DNA of 62,199 nucleotides, counting the filler, from Globobulimina sp. (lineage: Eukaryota): NCBI GenBank assembly GCA_003354225.1. It is 28 parts of 28 records of this genome, joined end to end, with 100 filler letters (N's around TTAATTAATTAA, not from the genome) between each part and the next. Parts side by side here need not be neighbours in the genome. Positions count along the whole stretch, not along the records: positions 1 to 2,127 come from PIVH01008790.1; positions 2,228 to 4,354 come from PIVH01008791.1; positions 4,455 to 6,581 come from PIVH01008792.1; positions 6,682 to 8,808 come from PIVH01008793.1; positions 8,909 to 11,035 come from PIVH01008794.1; 23 more parts are not named here. One strand, given 5' to 3'. The position numbers were made by a program, and so were the translations under genes. Below, one piece after another: positions 1-11,135 of this stretch. Below the pieces are notes generated by a model, which did no database searches, was not told the origin of the DNA, and saw nothing but the letters and a program-made list of their open reading frames with translations. Positions within the stretch are counted from its first letter, which is position 1. Every line of letters starts with the position of its first letter.

Positions 1-659
1 CCACTCCAATACTTTGTAATTTTATCCATGTTCTCTCTCGTATAATTTTTATTGGGTATAATTTTAGTATTGTTTAAAATATGCGATGGAGCTAAATATT
101 GTCGAAAATTTCGAAATGAGGGATATGTGTCATACGTTTGATCGGTTGCGCCGATGAAATAATTTGTGTCAAAGAATTGTGTGACTGTCTGATATCGAAC
201 ACATTTAAATGAGGTTGTTGTGTCTCCATTGTATACTCTCTTACACTTCGAATCATAGCCATCTAATATGCTCAATTTATATTCAAGCTCATCCATCATT
301 GATAAACATTTCGTTTGCATCAATCCATTGCCATCTTCATCATCATTCAGAATGTATAATAATTTGAGGTGTACATCTGCAGAAACTGATTGTTGTAAAG
401 TGCTCGTTGCAACTCCTCGTGGTTCGTATGATGCATCCAATTGTCCAGCAATTAGTGCATCTCTTGCTTCGTAAGCTTTTTCATCACGAATATACATTGG
501 AACATCTGATGAGGCTGACAGTAAATTACCAGTTTGCGCCAATGCCAGGACTATAACACCGCTAATTAGAAACAAACCTAGAGCTATGCAAAAGGAACAT
601 TTTGGGTATTTATCCATTAATGAGTGTAACTTATATGGTGTAATATTATCAATTGAATG

Positions 660-699
660 GTCGTCATGTGATTCGTCGTCATGTGATTCGTCGTCATGT
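660..699. repeat. 15-bp tandem repeat (~2.6 copies) encoding HDDES on the minus strand
   Basis: The unit gtcgtcatgtgattc is repeated. Confidence 0.9.
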
Positions 700-728
700 T
701 TTTTTTGAACACGGGGGGCAACTTTGTG

Positions 729-1411
729 AGATTTAATTTAAATAATTATTTGGGAACACTTGTGTATGAAACAGCAATCGTATACATCCTTTTCACGTGG
801 ATCAATTGCAAAGCAATATAGGACGATCTACGATCTTAAGCTGTACCATACACACAATAAAACAAAACATAACATCAAACAAATTTAAACAAAAGTAAAA
901 TCAATCAGTCAATCAATCAAAATCGATGTAAAACACATCAAATAAGATAAATAAAACATAGTATAACAGAAAAAAACAAATTAAATTAAGCCATACGTGC
1001 ACAATTTTGCTATTCCTCAATCTCAATCCTCTTCGTATCTAATACATAACTACATATTTCGTACAAAATCTCCATTCGCAAATTCAAAAACTTGTTATTC
1101 TCCAAAACGTTTCTATTCACATTTATGTCCATTAATTCGTCTTGATATGGGAATAATAAATTGAATAATAAGGCTGTATCAGCACAGCCAAAGAGTTTTT
1201 CATATTTTTGATCAATTTCAATGATATTCTCTCTCATTATCTTCCTCTGACTGCTGTATCTCTCACACTTGCATATAAAATGCAGAACATCTTCAATTGT
1301 GTCGACATTCAATGTTCGGCAAAAGTCACAATTTCTCGTCTTGAATCCAAATTTTTTCTGTCCATTCAATAAAGTATGGCCAGCTCGTAACTGTGCAATG
1401 TATGGCCAGCT
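729..1411 (-). mobile_element. 5'-truncated non-LTR retrotransposon (LINE): ORF2 C-terminal zinc knuckle plus 3' UTR
   Basis: IAQLRAGH...CDFC...EDVLHFICKCERYSSQR matches the C-terminal CCHC-type motif of non-LTR ORF2. The stop is at 1010, followed by a T-rich UTR ending in an A/T-rich tail near 730. Confidence 0.75.
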
Positions 1412-1745
1412 ATGTGATTCGTGTTCCACTTCCACTTCAACATCATTTTCATCCACAGCATTATCAGTTCGATGTTGTTCATCAGCTTTACCAGCTTCAT
1501 CGGGCGTGTCGCCTTGTTTGTTCACTTTGGTTTCTTGTTCCAGTTCAACATCATTTCCCAACAAACCACGCTGGGTTTGGGGGTCGCTATTATCTTGCTG
1601 CACTTTCTCGACACTAGCGGAATGTCCAGACATTGATATATCAGTGTGTTTATTTGGAATAGTTTTGCACACTCTAGTTTGGACTAGTTTTTGTGGACTA
1701 CCTCCAACATTTTTTGAGAAAACGAAGTACAGCTAATCTTTTTGC

Positions 1746-2014
1746 ATGGCTTACAGCCAAAGTTTTGGGTGTATTGGTGCAAATAGTGGTACGTATACAT
1801 GGTTTATAAATGATGAGTCATTAATTAGGAATATATTAAATGCTGGAAATGGCAAACTATTTGAAAGTGAGCCATTCATAATGAGAAATATGAGTTGTAG
1901 CATAAGATTATATCCAAATGGTGATACAAAAGAATATACAGGAAATGTCGTGATCTTTTTAAAATTGCTATCGATACCACAAGTAATTGATGCGGTTGTG
2001 TTATATTATTTAAG
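1746..2014 (+). CDS. MATH/TRAF-like domain protein, first exon
   Basis: YTWFI...FESEPF...IRLYPNG...GNVVIFLKL is a MATH pattern. There is a GT donor at 2015. Confidence 0.7.
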
Positions 2015-2127
2015 GTAGTTGTGTACTTAAGATCGGTGTTTTTGTGTGTTTTCGGGTTTATCCAAATGAATCCATGACTATTCATCAGATTGATTCAACA
2101 CTTTTATTCATATCACTGTATATATAT

Positions 2128-2227
2128 NNNNNNNNNNNNNNNNNNNNNNNNNNNNNNNNNNNNNNNNNNNNTTAATTAATTAANNNNNNNNNNNNNNNNN
2201 NNNNNNNNNNNNNNNNNNNNNNNNNNN
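2128..2227. other. Artificial contig linker N44-TTAATTAATTAA-N44 (first of 27 identical linkers)
   Basis: An identical 100-nt block recurs about every 2.22 kb and carries stops in all six frames. The intervening contigs shrink monotonically from 2127 to 2123 bp. Confidence 0.98.
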
Positions 2228-3453
2228 ATAACATTTAATACTAATATATCTGACGAAGATACTGTAATAACTGGCGATTGCGAGGATACATTCATAGAAA
2301 GAGCAGACAGTTATGGCGACAACTTCATTAAGAAAAAGACCCTCAAATTATTGCAGTTTGATTATGAAGAAGATGATGAGCATCATAAAAGCAGTCATAA
2401 TTATAATATTACAGCATATGATAATGATATCCCAGGGATGGATGACGAAGATATTGATTTGGATCTGATAGAATGGTTAAAAAATAACGATTTAACAGAT
2501 ATCAGAGATGCATTAATTGCAAAGAAATATCGATTGCTTACATTCAAATATTTAAACAGTGACGATCTGAACACAGTGATTGACGATTTAAGGTAGCTCA
2601 GCAACTATAAATAACTACATTTGTATGATAATATAATTCAGAAACAGAAACACTTGAACATTGCGTTTGTTTTCTGTATATTATGTATGACAAATTGAGT
2701 TATTTAATTCCCATATTCTACCTTTAAAGAATACACTTGACAGTGCCACAAATATTACGTTTTAAATCTGCAGTAAATAAGTTATCAATCATAGCATCAG
2801 CACCAAGCCATTCGACTGTAGATGATGATAATAAGCATTTGGAAACAACACAGACCATAACAATCATTGGTGGTTCACGCGTTGGCAAATCATCCATTGC
2901 CGATGTTATTATTGGACATGGATTTGATGCAAAGAGGTTTCCGACCATTCGAATGACTGAAAAAGCGCAATTATTTAGCAAAGAAACTGGAAATATGACC
3001 ATCAAATATCGCGTCTGGGACTGTCCGGGACAGAAAGCATTGGAACATATACCACCGTTATACGTAACGGGTGCAATGGCGATATTAATTGTGTACGACA
3101 TAACAGATAATGTGACCTATGAAAGAGCGAAGGAATGGATGGTTTATATTAGAGACGAAGGGAAAGGATATAATAAAGTGTTGGTGGTGGGAAATAAAAA
3201 GGATTTGGTGGATGAGAGAGTGGTTTACTATGAAGAAGCCAACAATTACTGCATGCAATTTGGATATAATTATATCGAAACTTCTGCAAAATCTGGACTT
3301 AATATGGATACTTTACAAGATTGGTTGGATTCTCACACTCAGAATAAAGTTGAAAAGGAAAATGCAAATATGTGGGAACATGAACGGATTTATTTGGAGC
3401 ATAATGTTAATCAATCAACAAAAGATAGGGAATCGACGTGTTGTGATTTTTAA
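2228..3453 (+). CDS. SAM domain fused to a Rab-like small GTPase; 5' partial; intron 2593-2729
   Basis: SAM-like LIEWLKNNDL...DDL|RIHLTVPQILRFKSAV. G-motifs GGSRVGKS, PTI, WDCPGQ, NKKD and ETSAK. C-terminal CCDF. The GT-AG intron joins the exons in frame. Confidence 0.8.
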
Positions 3454-3974
3454 AAAAACTTGCTTGAGTTACTAGTGTTTATTTTTGCGATTGGTTTGAA
3501 TATATATATAGATCATATATGCCTTATAAGAACAGTGTATCTTATTCTTGTATGCATGTTTATTTTTCCATCAGTTTTCGTTAATTCATCCATCAATCGA
3601 TGCCTGACCCTGCGGTGATACTGTATACCGTTTCTGGATTTGCAAAGCGTTTCTCAGATAATTGAATCAAATGTATACAACTAATCGACCAGGGGTGGGG
3701 TTATCTTTTGGAATATATCGTTCACATCGGGCCTTCGGGTTCGAATCCCTGAAAATATGCTGTCACACTCTATGGCAATGATGTAGTGAAACTACAAGAT
3801 ATGTTTTATAATGTGCAGTTGCGAGAAGGAGTTATAAATTATAATGAGAGGATTAGATGAAGTGAGTACGGTAGAATTCTTACATAAGGGTATTAATATT
3901 ATATAAATTAATAAAAAGGTACGTTTTTAATATTATACATCACATTATTCATATCAATGTACGTTTTTGACGGG

Positions 3975-4354
3975 TTATAATTTTGATTTTTTGACCGGTT
4001 TTCTTAATCCCAATACATCCGCTTTAACGCTTAATATTTTTTGGCTGACCTCATCGATATCTTCTTGTGGAATATTAAATTGTTTAAATGTTTTCACTAA
4101 ATGTTGGAAAACCCGATCGAAATGTTTTTCATTTATCCCACTGCCAAGGCTGCGAACTCGCGAATGAGTGTAATACATCAATCGCGGCGAATATTTGCCG
4201 GGTCCACCAAATGCAAAAATAAAAAATCTAAATTAGTGTGTTTTTCGTCTCCAAACGTTAACAGTATTATATTATTATAGCACACCTTTTTTGTCCACGT
4301 TTTAATTTTGTCATATCAGAATTGACAAAGAATGGTTGAAGCATCGGGTCTGAT
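3975..4354 (-). CDS. Group I truncated (2/2) hemoglobin; 5' partial; intron 4228-4285
   Basis: The spliced product is DPMLQPFFVNSDMTKLKRGQKRFFIFAFGGPGKY...THSR...GINEKHFDRVFQHLVKTF...I. It has the FGGP motif, a proximal His and the HFD motif of TrHb1/GlbN. Confidence 0.85.
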
Positions 4355-4454
4355 NNNNNNNNNNNNNNNNNNNNNNNNNNNNNNNNNNNNNNNNNNNNTT
4401 AATTAATTAANNNNNNNNNNNNNNNNNNNNNNNNNNNNNNNNNNNNNNNNNNNN

Positions 4455-6581
4455 AAGAATGCGGAATTAGGTGAGATTGGGGATAGATTTGAGGCAGAAA
4501 GAGAGGAATATCGCGGAGAGAAAGTGTTGTTGGAAGAAGAAATAAATGAATTTAAATCAGATGTGTCGCAGTACGAATCCATTATGGATCACATGAAATT
4601 ATCCAACCAACAGTTAAAGACCGAAGTGAACAGTTTGCGCGATACTATAAATTCGTTACAAGAAAAAGTGAAAACCAATAAAAAAAATAAAAATAAAAAA
4701 GATATACAATATAATAAAGCCAATGAGATATTAAGTAAATATTTTACTGTTGCAAACCATAAAGATATTGAAATGAATGATAAACAATTACATGATACGG
4801 AGAGCAAAATCGAGAAATTATCACAAAATATTGTTAATGTCACGCAAGCCTATGAACAGTTTACTGGCCACAATTTTAGTTTGGACCCATTTCCTATAAT
4901 ACCGACCAGTCCAATCACGCCCATCACGCCAATAACGCCAATCACTCCACTCACTCCGATACATAATGGCGTACGTAACCCGCCACCGGCATTTGGTGTT
5001 TTTGATGAGGACTATAAAACTGAACATGTACAGGGAAAAAAACTAAAACTGAAAAAAAAGAAATCAAGCAAAGCATCGGCGGCGTTGCAAAATAGAATGG
5101 CAATGTTTGGCGGTGGCCGTAGTAGCCCCAAAGCAAAGAAAAAAGGCAGAAGAGCAAAAACAAAAAACAAAGCCAAAGAATACACAGACTCCATCGTCAA
5201 AATAGATCGTAAAAAGAATTTAGTGTTCCAAGCCGAGCGATTAACCCATTACTTAAACAGTGCTATGACGACCATTGATAAACAAAAAAAACTGCATAGT
5301 GAAGAATTAGAAGATAAAATGAATAAAAACAATAAAATTATCCGCAATTTAAGTGTCGAAAATAAAGGCTTAAAAAATAAGTTAGACACTGAATTAAACA
5401 GTGCAAACACAGAGATATCCGCATTAAAGAAAGAAATTGAAGATTTAAAATTAGCGTCGCAAAACGCAATGTTGTCCCAGAATATGACAGCGAGTGGGCA
5501 TGAAACCGAGGATGAATTTGGATTCGATGATCAAATCGCGTACTTATCCAATATCGGCAAAGGTTTATATGACGAAACTGATGCAATGCAAGTGACTCAA
5601 CCCTCGCAAGCGCAATACGCACACAATCCGACCCAACTCGCATTGTGGCGGCAACACTTACAGATTGGCAGCAAATTGGACTGTTTGGACGAAGCTTGTT
5701 TATGGTGGACCTCCAGTGTACGAGACAGCGATGGCTATCGCATCCTAGTTCGCTATGACGGCTTTGACGCGCGGTGGGACGAATGGGTCGATCGGGGCAG
5801 TACGCGAATTGCCTGTTATCTGAGCAAAGCAAAAGGCGGTCGCGAGTCCAAAGGTGTTTCTGTAAACTTAAAAGTCGTAGCTACAAAAAAGGATAAACGC
5901 ACTGGTCGAACCCGCAACATTTACAAACAAGGATTCCTGGTCAAGCAGGGAAAGCGGTTCAAGTCGTATAAAACGCGGTATTTTACCCTTATGGATGATG
6001 GCACGATGGATTATTTCAAGAAAATGACAGATCAAACACCGGCGGGTTCCTTTAATATTTGCGACATGATTGAAACGCGCCGGATCGCGTACCCCAACAA
6101 GAAGGATTTGTATGGCTTTGAGATAGTGACTAAAAAGCGGACGTGGCGGTTTCAGTCGCACTCTGACGAAGTAGTTGCGGATTGGATTGGAGTGATTCAT
6201 GCCGTATCTCAAGGGGTAGAACCCGACGATGACAATGGGCAGCAAACAGTTATCTATTCAGGATATATAAAACAATCTATATCTACAATTTATACTAATG
6301 GTGAGAACCTTGCAATGAATGGCTCCCAAGTGCAGCCACCACCTGTCATACATTGTAGACATAGCCGAGGTTTATACATTCAGGAAGAGTCCAGCTCGTA
6401 TCAACCCATCAATCGGGCCGCTTTTTCGCAGCTTCTGGAGTCGCCAGTGCCGTGCGCCGAGAATGAATGTGAAAGTAAGCAGAGTGACACGGAAGAATTA
6501 AGTGTGCCCTCTAATAATAAATCGCGTGCGGAGGAGATAGTGGAAACGGGCGGGGTGGACGACTCTGATGAGTTGGATCTG
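4455..6581 (+). CDS. Coiled-coil protein with a Tudor/MBT-like barrel and a PH domain; both ends partial
   Basis: Tudor/MBT-like: LQIGSKLDCLDEACLWW...LVRYDGFDARWDEWV. PH: KQGFLVKQGKRFKSYKTRYF...FEIVTKKRTWRF...DWIGVI. Also PIT repeats. Confidence 0.8.
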
Positions 6582-6748
6582 NNNNNNNNNNNNNNNNNNN
6601 NNNNNNNNNNNNNNNNNNNNNNNNNTTAATTAATTAANNNNNNNNNNNNNNNNNNNNNNNNNNNNNNNNNNNNNNNNNNNNCAGAATCAAGTAAAATGAG
6701 TGGGAATGATGTAACAATTTGGTTGTATTTAGTCATGCAGTTTTTTTT

Positions 6749-7566
6749 TTATTTTTTGCAGTTTATTCGTGTTGATAAATACTTATATGATGCGATAACA
6801 CTGCTAAATACGGTCAAATTATCAATCTCAGGAATAGGTAGGCTCTCCGTTAACATTGCAACAAATGTAACCGGCACTAGTTTTTCCATAAAACAATAAA
6901 ATGACATCTCTTTTGGTATCCATCCGAAGTGCGCAAAATAAAAATAAAAACAAGTAGATAAAGGCATTGAGGTTACAAAGAATGACAGTGAACCACCAAT
7001 TGTTTTATTCCTATTCCATGGCAAGGAAGCAATGGGATATTTTTGCCCTAAAATAGTAGCAAATCCATCCCCTGCACATAATATCGATAATGCAGTGGCG
7101 CCAATTAAATCTCTCCAATAAAGAAGCGTTGCGGATATAAATACAAATCCATACAATGTTGGTCCTTTCAATATTTCTCTTGGATCACCTGAACGGGACA
7201 TTATTTTTACAGTATTTTCATCCTTCGATAAATAAATAAAAAAATAAATTAAAATAATCAAATATAATGAAATAATAACCAAACTTTGATGTAACCGGAC
7301 CCAATCACAATAAATTGAGTTACAATGCATGCTGGAATACACGCGGCAAAATATTTTGCATTTGTATCATTGGCAAATAACGGCCATGTTGTTAAGAATA
7401 TTGGTCCAATTGAAATATGTAAGAATTTTCTTGCTACTTTTGTTGATATATATGAGCTCTTCCGTAGATATTTTATTATTTCAACAGTTGACACAGCAAT
7501 ACCGGATGCGATAAGAAACGCTTTAGTGTTTGTGTAGAAAGCATTATGTGTGACAAACGAAGACAT
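6749..7566 (-). CDS. Phytol/farnesol kinase (CTP-dependent polyprenol kinase family, VTE5/FOLK-like); intron 7223-7284
   Basis: Motifs RKFLHISIGP, MSRSGDPREILKGPTLYG, CAGDGFA, LPWNRNKTIGGS and ESLP..IDNLTV. Confidence 0.88.
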
Positions 7567-7704
7567 GTGCACAGTGACTCACTTTAGAAAATAAAAATGA
7601 AAGAACTTTGAGTATTTAAATTAATTTCAGAAAGAAATAGAAATAAAACAAAAATAATTATAAATAATAATAAAAATACAGAATGTATGCAATGTATACA
7701 ATGC

Positions 7705-8808
7705 TCATCGAATTGGAATTTCGGGCATTAACAATTTATCAATATCTCCAACAACATCTCCTTTATATATATTCCCAATTTTCCATTTTTTAATTTTAAA
7801 TAATGCTAAATCATGATCATTAACAACAATATTATCATTATTTTGATTATTAAAACATGAAATATTAAAATTATTATTTTTTTTGCTGTTATTATTGTGA
7901 TTGTGATGGTGATTGTTTTTATTATTATTGCAGAAATGTCTAAATCTCCGTATCAGTGTTATCTCAATCAAATGTGGACAATAACTAAACCACGACATAA
8001 TTAATTGTTCTATTTCAATTTTAAAATTGTTTGAAATGCGTAGTATTTCGCCATAGTTTTCAAATTTTTTGGTTATTTTTCTATTATTTTCAAAGTCTTC
8101 AGTTGACATTTCATTAAATGTTAATTTTAATGATTTTATTGTTTTTTTAATATTTTTTGAAGTTATAAAGTGATAAAACCACCAAATATCCAATTTTGGT
8201 TCAATCACATAATCACAATTTGTATTTTGTATTAAATTTAATGATAATTTTGATAATCGCTGACATTTTGATAGATATAAAAACAATTTTTTTATAGGTT
8301 TTGAACTTGAATTTGAATTTAATTGAAATGATAATGTTAAGTCTAAAATAATCAAACAATTTGACCATAACTTTGAAAAATAATCAAAAAAGGAATCAAA
8401 ATATATAATTTGTTTCAAATGTAAGGATTCAATATATTGCGATTCAAATATTTTCTTCCAATTTAACTGATTTAAGTTGCTAATGTTCAAAAACAATTTA
8501 TTTATGGGACAGTATTTATTTTCAAATATTTTAAATAAATTAAAAAATCCACAAATATTCTCTGCATTAAAATTATTTGGAAATGATATCGCCAATGAAT
8601 GCAACCCCAAACATTTATTACTGTCAATTGATTCATTCAAATAATTTAAAATTGCATCGAATATCCCATTTAAATAGTTTGTAATTCTTAAAATTGTATT
8701 TGATTTCGAGCTTGATTTATAATTTAATGATAAACAAAAATCCGTAAAAATCATTTCCAAATTAGAGAGTGTCTCACAATTATTTAATAAAAACAATTCA
8801 AACTCTTT
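7705..8808 (-). CDS. LRR/RNI-like, Asn-rich hypothetical protein; 5' partial
   Basis: ORF of 363+ aa with recurring LxxLxL segments (LHSLAI, LSKLSLNL, IKSLKLTF). Confidence 0.5.
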   Translation of the reverse strand, partial: KEFELFLLNNCETLSNLEMIFTDFCLSLNYKSSSKSNTILRITNYLNGIFDAILNYLNESIDSNKCLGLHSLAISFPNNFNAENICGFFNLFKIFENKYCPINKLFLNISNLNQLNWKKIFESQYIESLHLKQIIYFDSFFDYFSKLWSNCLIILDLTLSFQLNSNSSSKPIKKLFLYLSKCQRLSKLSLNLIQNTNCDYVIEPKLDIWWFYHFITSKNIKKTIKSLKLTFNEMSTEDFENNRKITKKFENYGEILRISNNFKIEIEQLIMSWFSYCPHLIEITLIRRFRHFCNNNKNNHHHNHNNNSKKNNNFNISCFNNQNNDNIVVNDHDLALFKIKKWKIGNIYKGDVVGDIDKLLMPEIPIR

Positions 8809-8908
8809 NNNNNNNNNNNNNNNNNNNNNNNNNNNNNNNNNNNNNNNNNNNNTTAATTAATTAANNNNNNNNNNNNNNNNNNNNNNNNNNNNNNNNNNNN
8901 NNNNNNNN

Positions 8909-9989
8909 CGTTTTCTCTCTTTTTCCATATTTCATGATCTTGGCAAATATATTTAATTAATAAATCAATCCGTTCTCTATGTAAAGAATTTAATATTTTT
9001 GGTTTTGTTCGTTTTTGCACAAATCGTCGCGTCCATTTACCAGCAATTTTGCATCTTAATTTATTGTGTGTGAAATCTTCAAATTTACACAATGCCTCAA
9101 AATCATTATTTTTATCCAAATCTTCAATTAATTCGTTCCAAAATGATTCATGCGACTCTTTGCTTGATGGAGAATCACAACGTGCTGTAAACCATAATTC
9201 CGATTGATTTGCTTCACATTTTACAGTCTCTCTACTTTCATCATCTATGTTCATATCATGTTTCTCCTCCTCATAATCAATAACATTCAAATTATCTGTG
9301 TGTGTTATAACATTTACTGATTGATATTGCTGAGAATAATTATAAGTCGGTGCATCATTCAACAGATCGTCAGTAACAATCAAATCTTGCATATTAATGA
9401 TATTTGTATCACTCTGTTCTGGTGACTGCATAATTGGGTTATCCATATTTGCCGCAGTCAACCATTTATTTGTAAAAGATTCCCTTTCTCCGAATCTTGC
9501 TTCTTGTGCTAAATCATAAATTGTAGCATTTCTAGGTACTGGTAAATATCCGGTTGGCCTTAGACTTAAAGTGGAAGAATTCAAATTATTCAATACTGTA
9601 TCATCTGATTCTGTGTTTATTTTATGTGCATTTGGTGATTTTACAGATCTTATAATCTTATCTTCAGCATTGTTGATTGATAATTTTGTTTCTTTGTTTT
9701 TAGCATTGGATGGTAACGGATTTGTTTGTAATGTGTTTTCAGCAGAATGAGCAGATATAAGTGCAGAATCTTGGTGTGATTGAATTTGTTGTCGCTGTGG
9801 GCTTGGTCCAGAATAAAGTTCGGATTGTTTTTCTTGAAGATTTTCTGGCGTGTTTGGTACAGAGGGAGGGGTTGCATCCTCGTCAGTGCTTTCCTCGATG
9901 AGATAGGTTTTGACTCCCATTAAAAGAGAAGGTCTCAGCGAGTCATATACGCACTGCTCTGTGGTTGGCACCTCATCTTCGTCATTCAT
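8909..9989 (-). CDS. Hypothetical protein with a disordered N-terminus; 3' partial
   Basis: Long ATG-initiated ORF running to the contig end; no family recognised. Confidence 0.6.
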
Positions 9990-10093
9990 ACACTATATAT
10001 CAGACAGACACTGTTTGCAAAAATAGTTGAATGATGATCAGGGTATAAAAGCGAGTCATAATCAGTTGTGTTGACAATTTCATAATCAATCAA

Positions 10094-10822
10094 TCAAATC
10101 ATCATAAACTCCAATTCGACCAACTCCGAGTCTTTGGCATATAATTCACTTTGCGGATAAATAATAAGTTTATCATCCAAATTACCTCCAAACAGACTAT
10201 CTATTGCTTTTCCATAGCAGTCAATGGGTATTTGTGCTATTCGCAATTTCTGAGCACGAGCCATTGCGGCAAAGCATGGAACATAGCCATTATGCGTTCT
10301 TTTCTTGGCTTTGATGTATTGCCCAGGCTTTATCAAACCAGCAATTATTGTTTCGTGCCTCGTATCGCCCATTCTAACCACACAAATCTTCAATACACCA
10401 TTGCCAACATCCAGCAATATATCAACTTCTCCGATACGCGCACCAATTTCTGCAAAACTGTTTGGGTCAAAAGCATTGCATTTATGATGATATGGGGATT
10501 GATAGTTGCAGACCGCAGTCAGTTGGTAAGCTCCAATGGGCGATGTATCAGTATAACAATCACTATCTAACCATTCCAACGGCTTTTCAGCCACTCCCCA
10601 TAACACATATCGACCATTGGTCACTGTATAAATTCTCCAACAATGAAGTCCAGATTGAACAGCCGTTATATCGGCATATACAAAATCCACACTCCAGTCT
10701 TTCTTCTGCGCACATTTCCCATTATCAGAGAGAGCAAAACCGTCTGCTTTTGCAAAAGTCAGCTGTTGCCATGGACGATGCAAAAATAATAATAATACTT
10801 TGATTATATCCAATGGATTTAT
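10094..10822 (-). CDS. SPRY/B30.2-like beta-sandwich protein (probably has an upstream exon)
   Basis: PLDIIKVL...SGLHCWRI...WGV...VDILLDV...GYVP resembles divergent SPRY proteins. There is an AG acceptor just upstream. Confidence 0.55.
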   Translation of the reverse strand: MNPLDIIKVLLLFLHRPWQQLTFAKADGFALSDNGKCAQKKDWSVDFVYADITAVQSGLHCWRIYTVTNGRYVLWGVAEKPLEWLDSDCYTDTSPIGAYQLTAVCNYQSPYHHKCNAFDPNSFAEIGARIGEVDILLDVGNGVLKICVVRMGDTRHETIIAGLIKPGQYIKAKKRTHNGYVPCFAAMARAQKLRIAQIPIDCYGKAIDSLFGGNLDDKLIIYPQSELYAKDSELVELEFMMI

Positions 10823-11135
10823 CTATATATTCATCCGATTCTTTTGTGTTTAGACTCTGACAACTTAGAGCGGCGGGAGTTGATTGGGATTGCATTTTCA
10901 ATTCGCTTTTCTTACGTCGCTGTAAGGATTTGTACAGTTTTGTCTATAAAACATTTTCACTAAAACTTAAAACATCTTCTCTACAATTCTTTCTTTCTCG
11001 CACTTTGTAAATATTTTTAACGCATGATGAAATATNNNNNNNNNNNNNNNNNNNNNNNNNNNNNNNNNNNNNNNNNNNNTTAATTAATTAANNNNNNNNN
11101 NNNNNNNNNNNNNNNNNNNNNNNNNNNNNNNNNNN

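Larger units (their letters stand above)
1..1633 (-). pseudogene. Membrane protein gene, possibly a Patched/Dispatched-like N-terminal part, interrupted by a LINE fragment; 3' partial
   Basis: Segment 1633-1412 reads MSGHSAS...VEVEHESH. Segment ~728-1 reads HKVAPRVQKKHDDESHDDESH...MDKYPKCSFCIALGLFLISGVIVLALAQ...IRDEKAYEARDAL... and stays open to the contig edge. The ESH codon motif occurs on both flanks. A TM helix is followed by a luminal-type region. Confidence 0.55.

Noticed and set aside
1269-1736. Antisense ORFs here and elsewhere (e.g. 5338-5832, 33818-34207, 58221-58604)
   Set aside because: They are shadow frames of real or low-complexity genes on the opposite strand.
3688-3752. tRNA gene
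   Set aside because: Only a T-loop/B-box motif is present; there are no convincing acceptor, D or anticodon stems.
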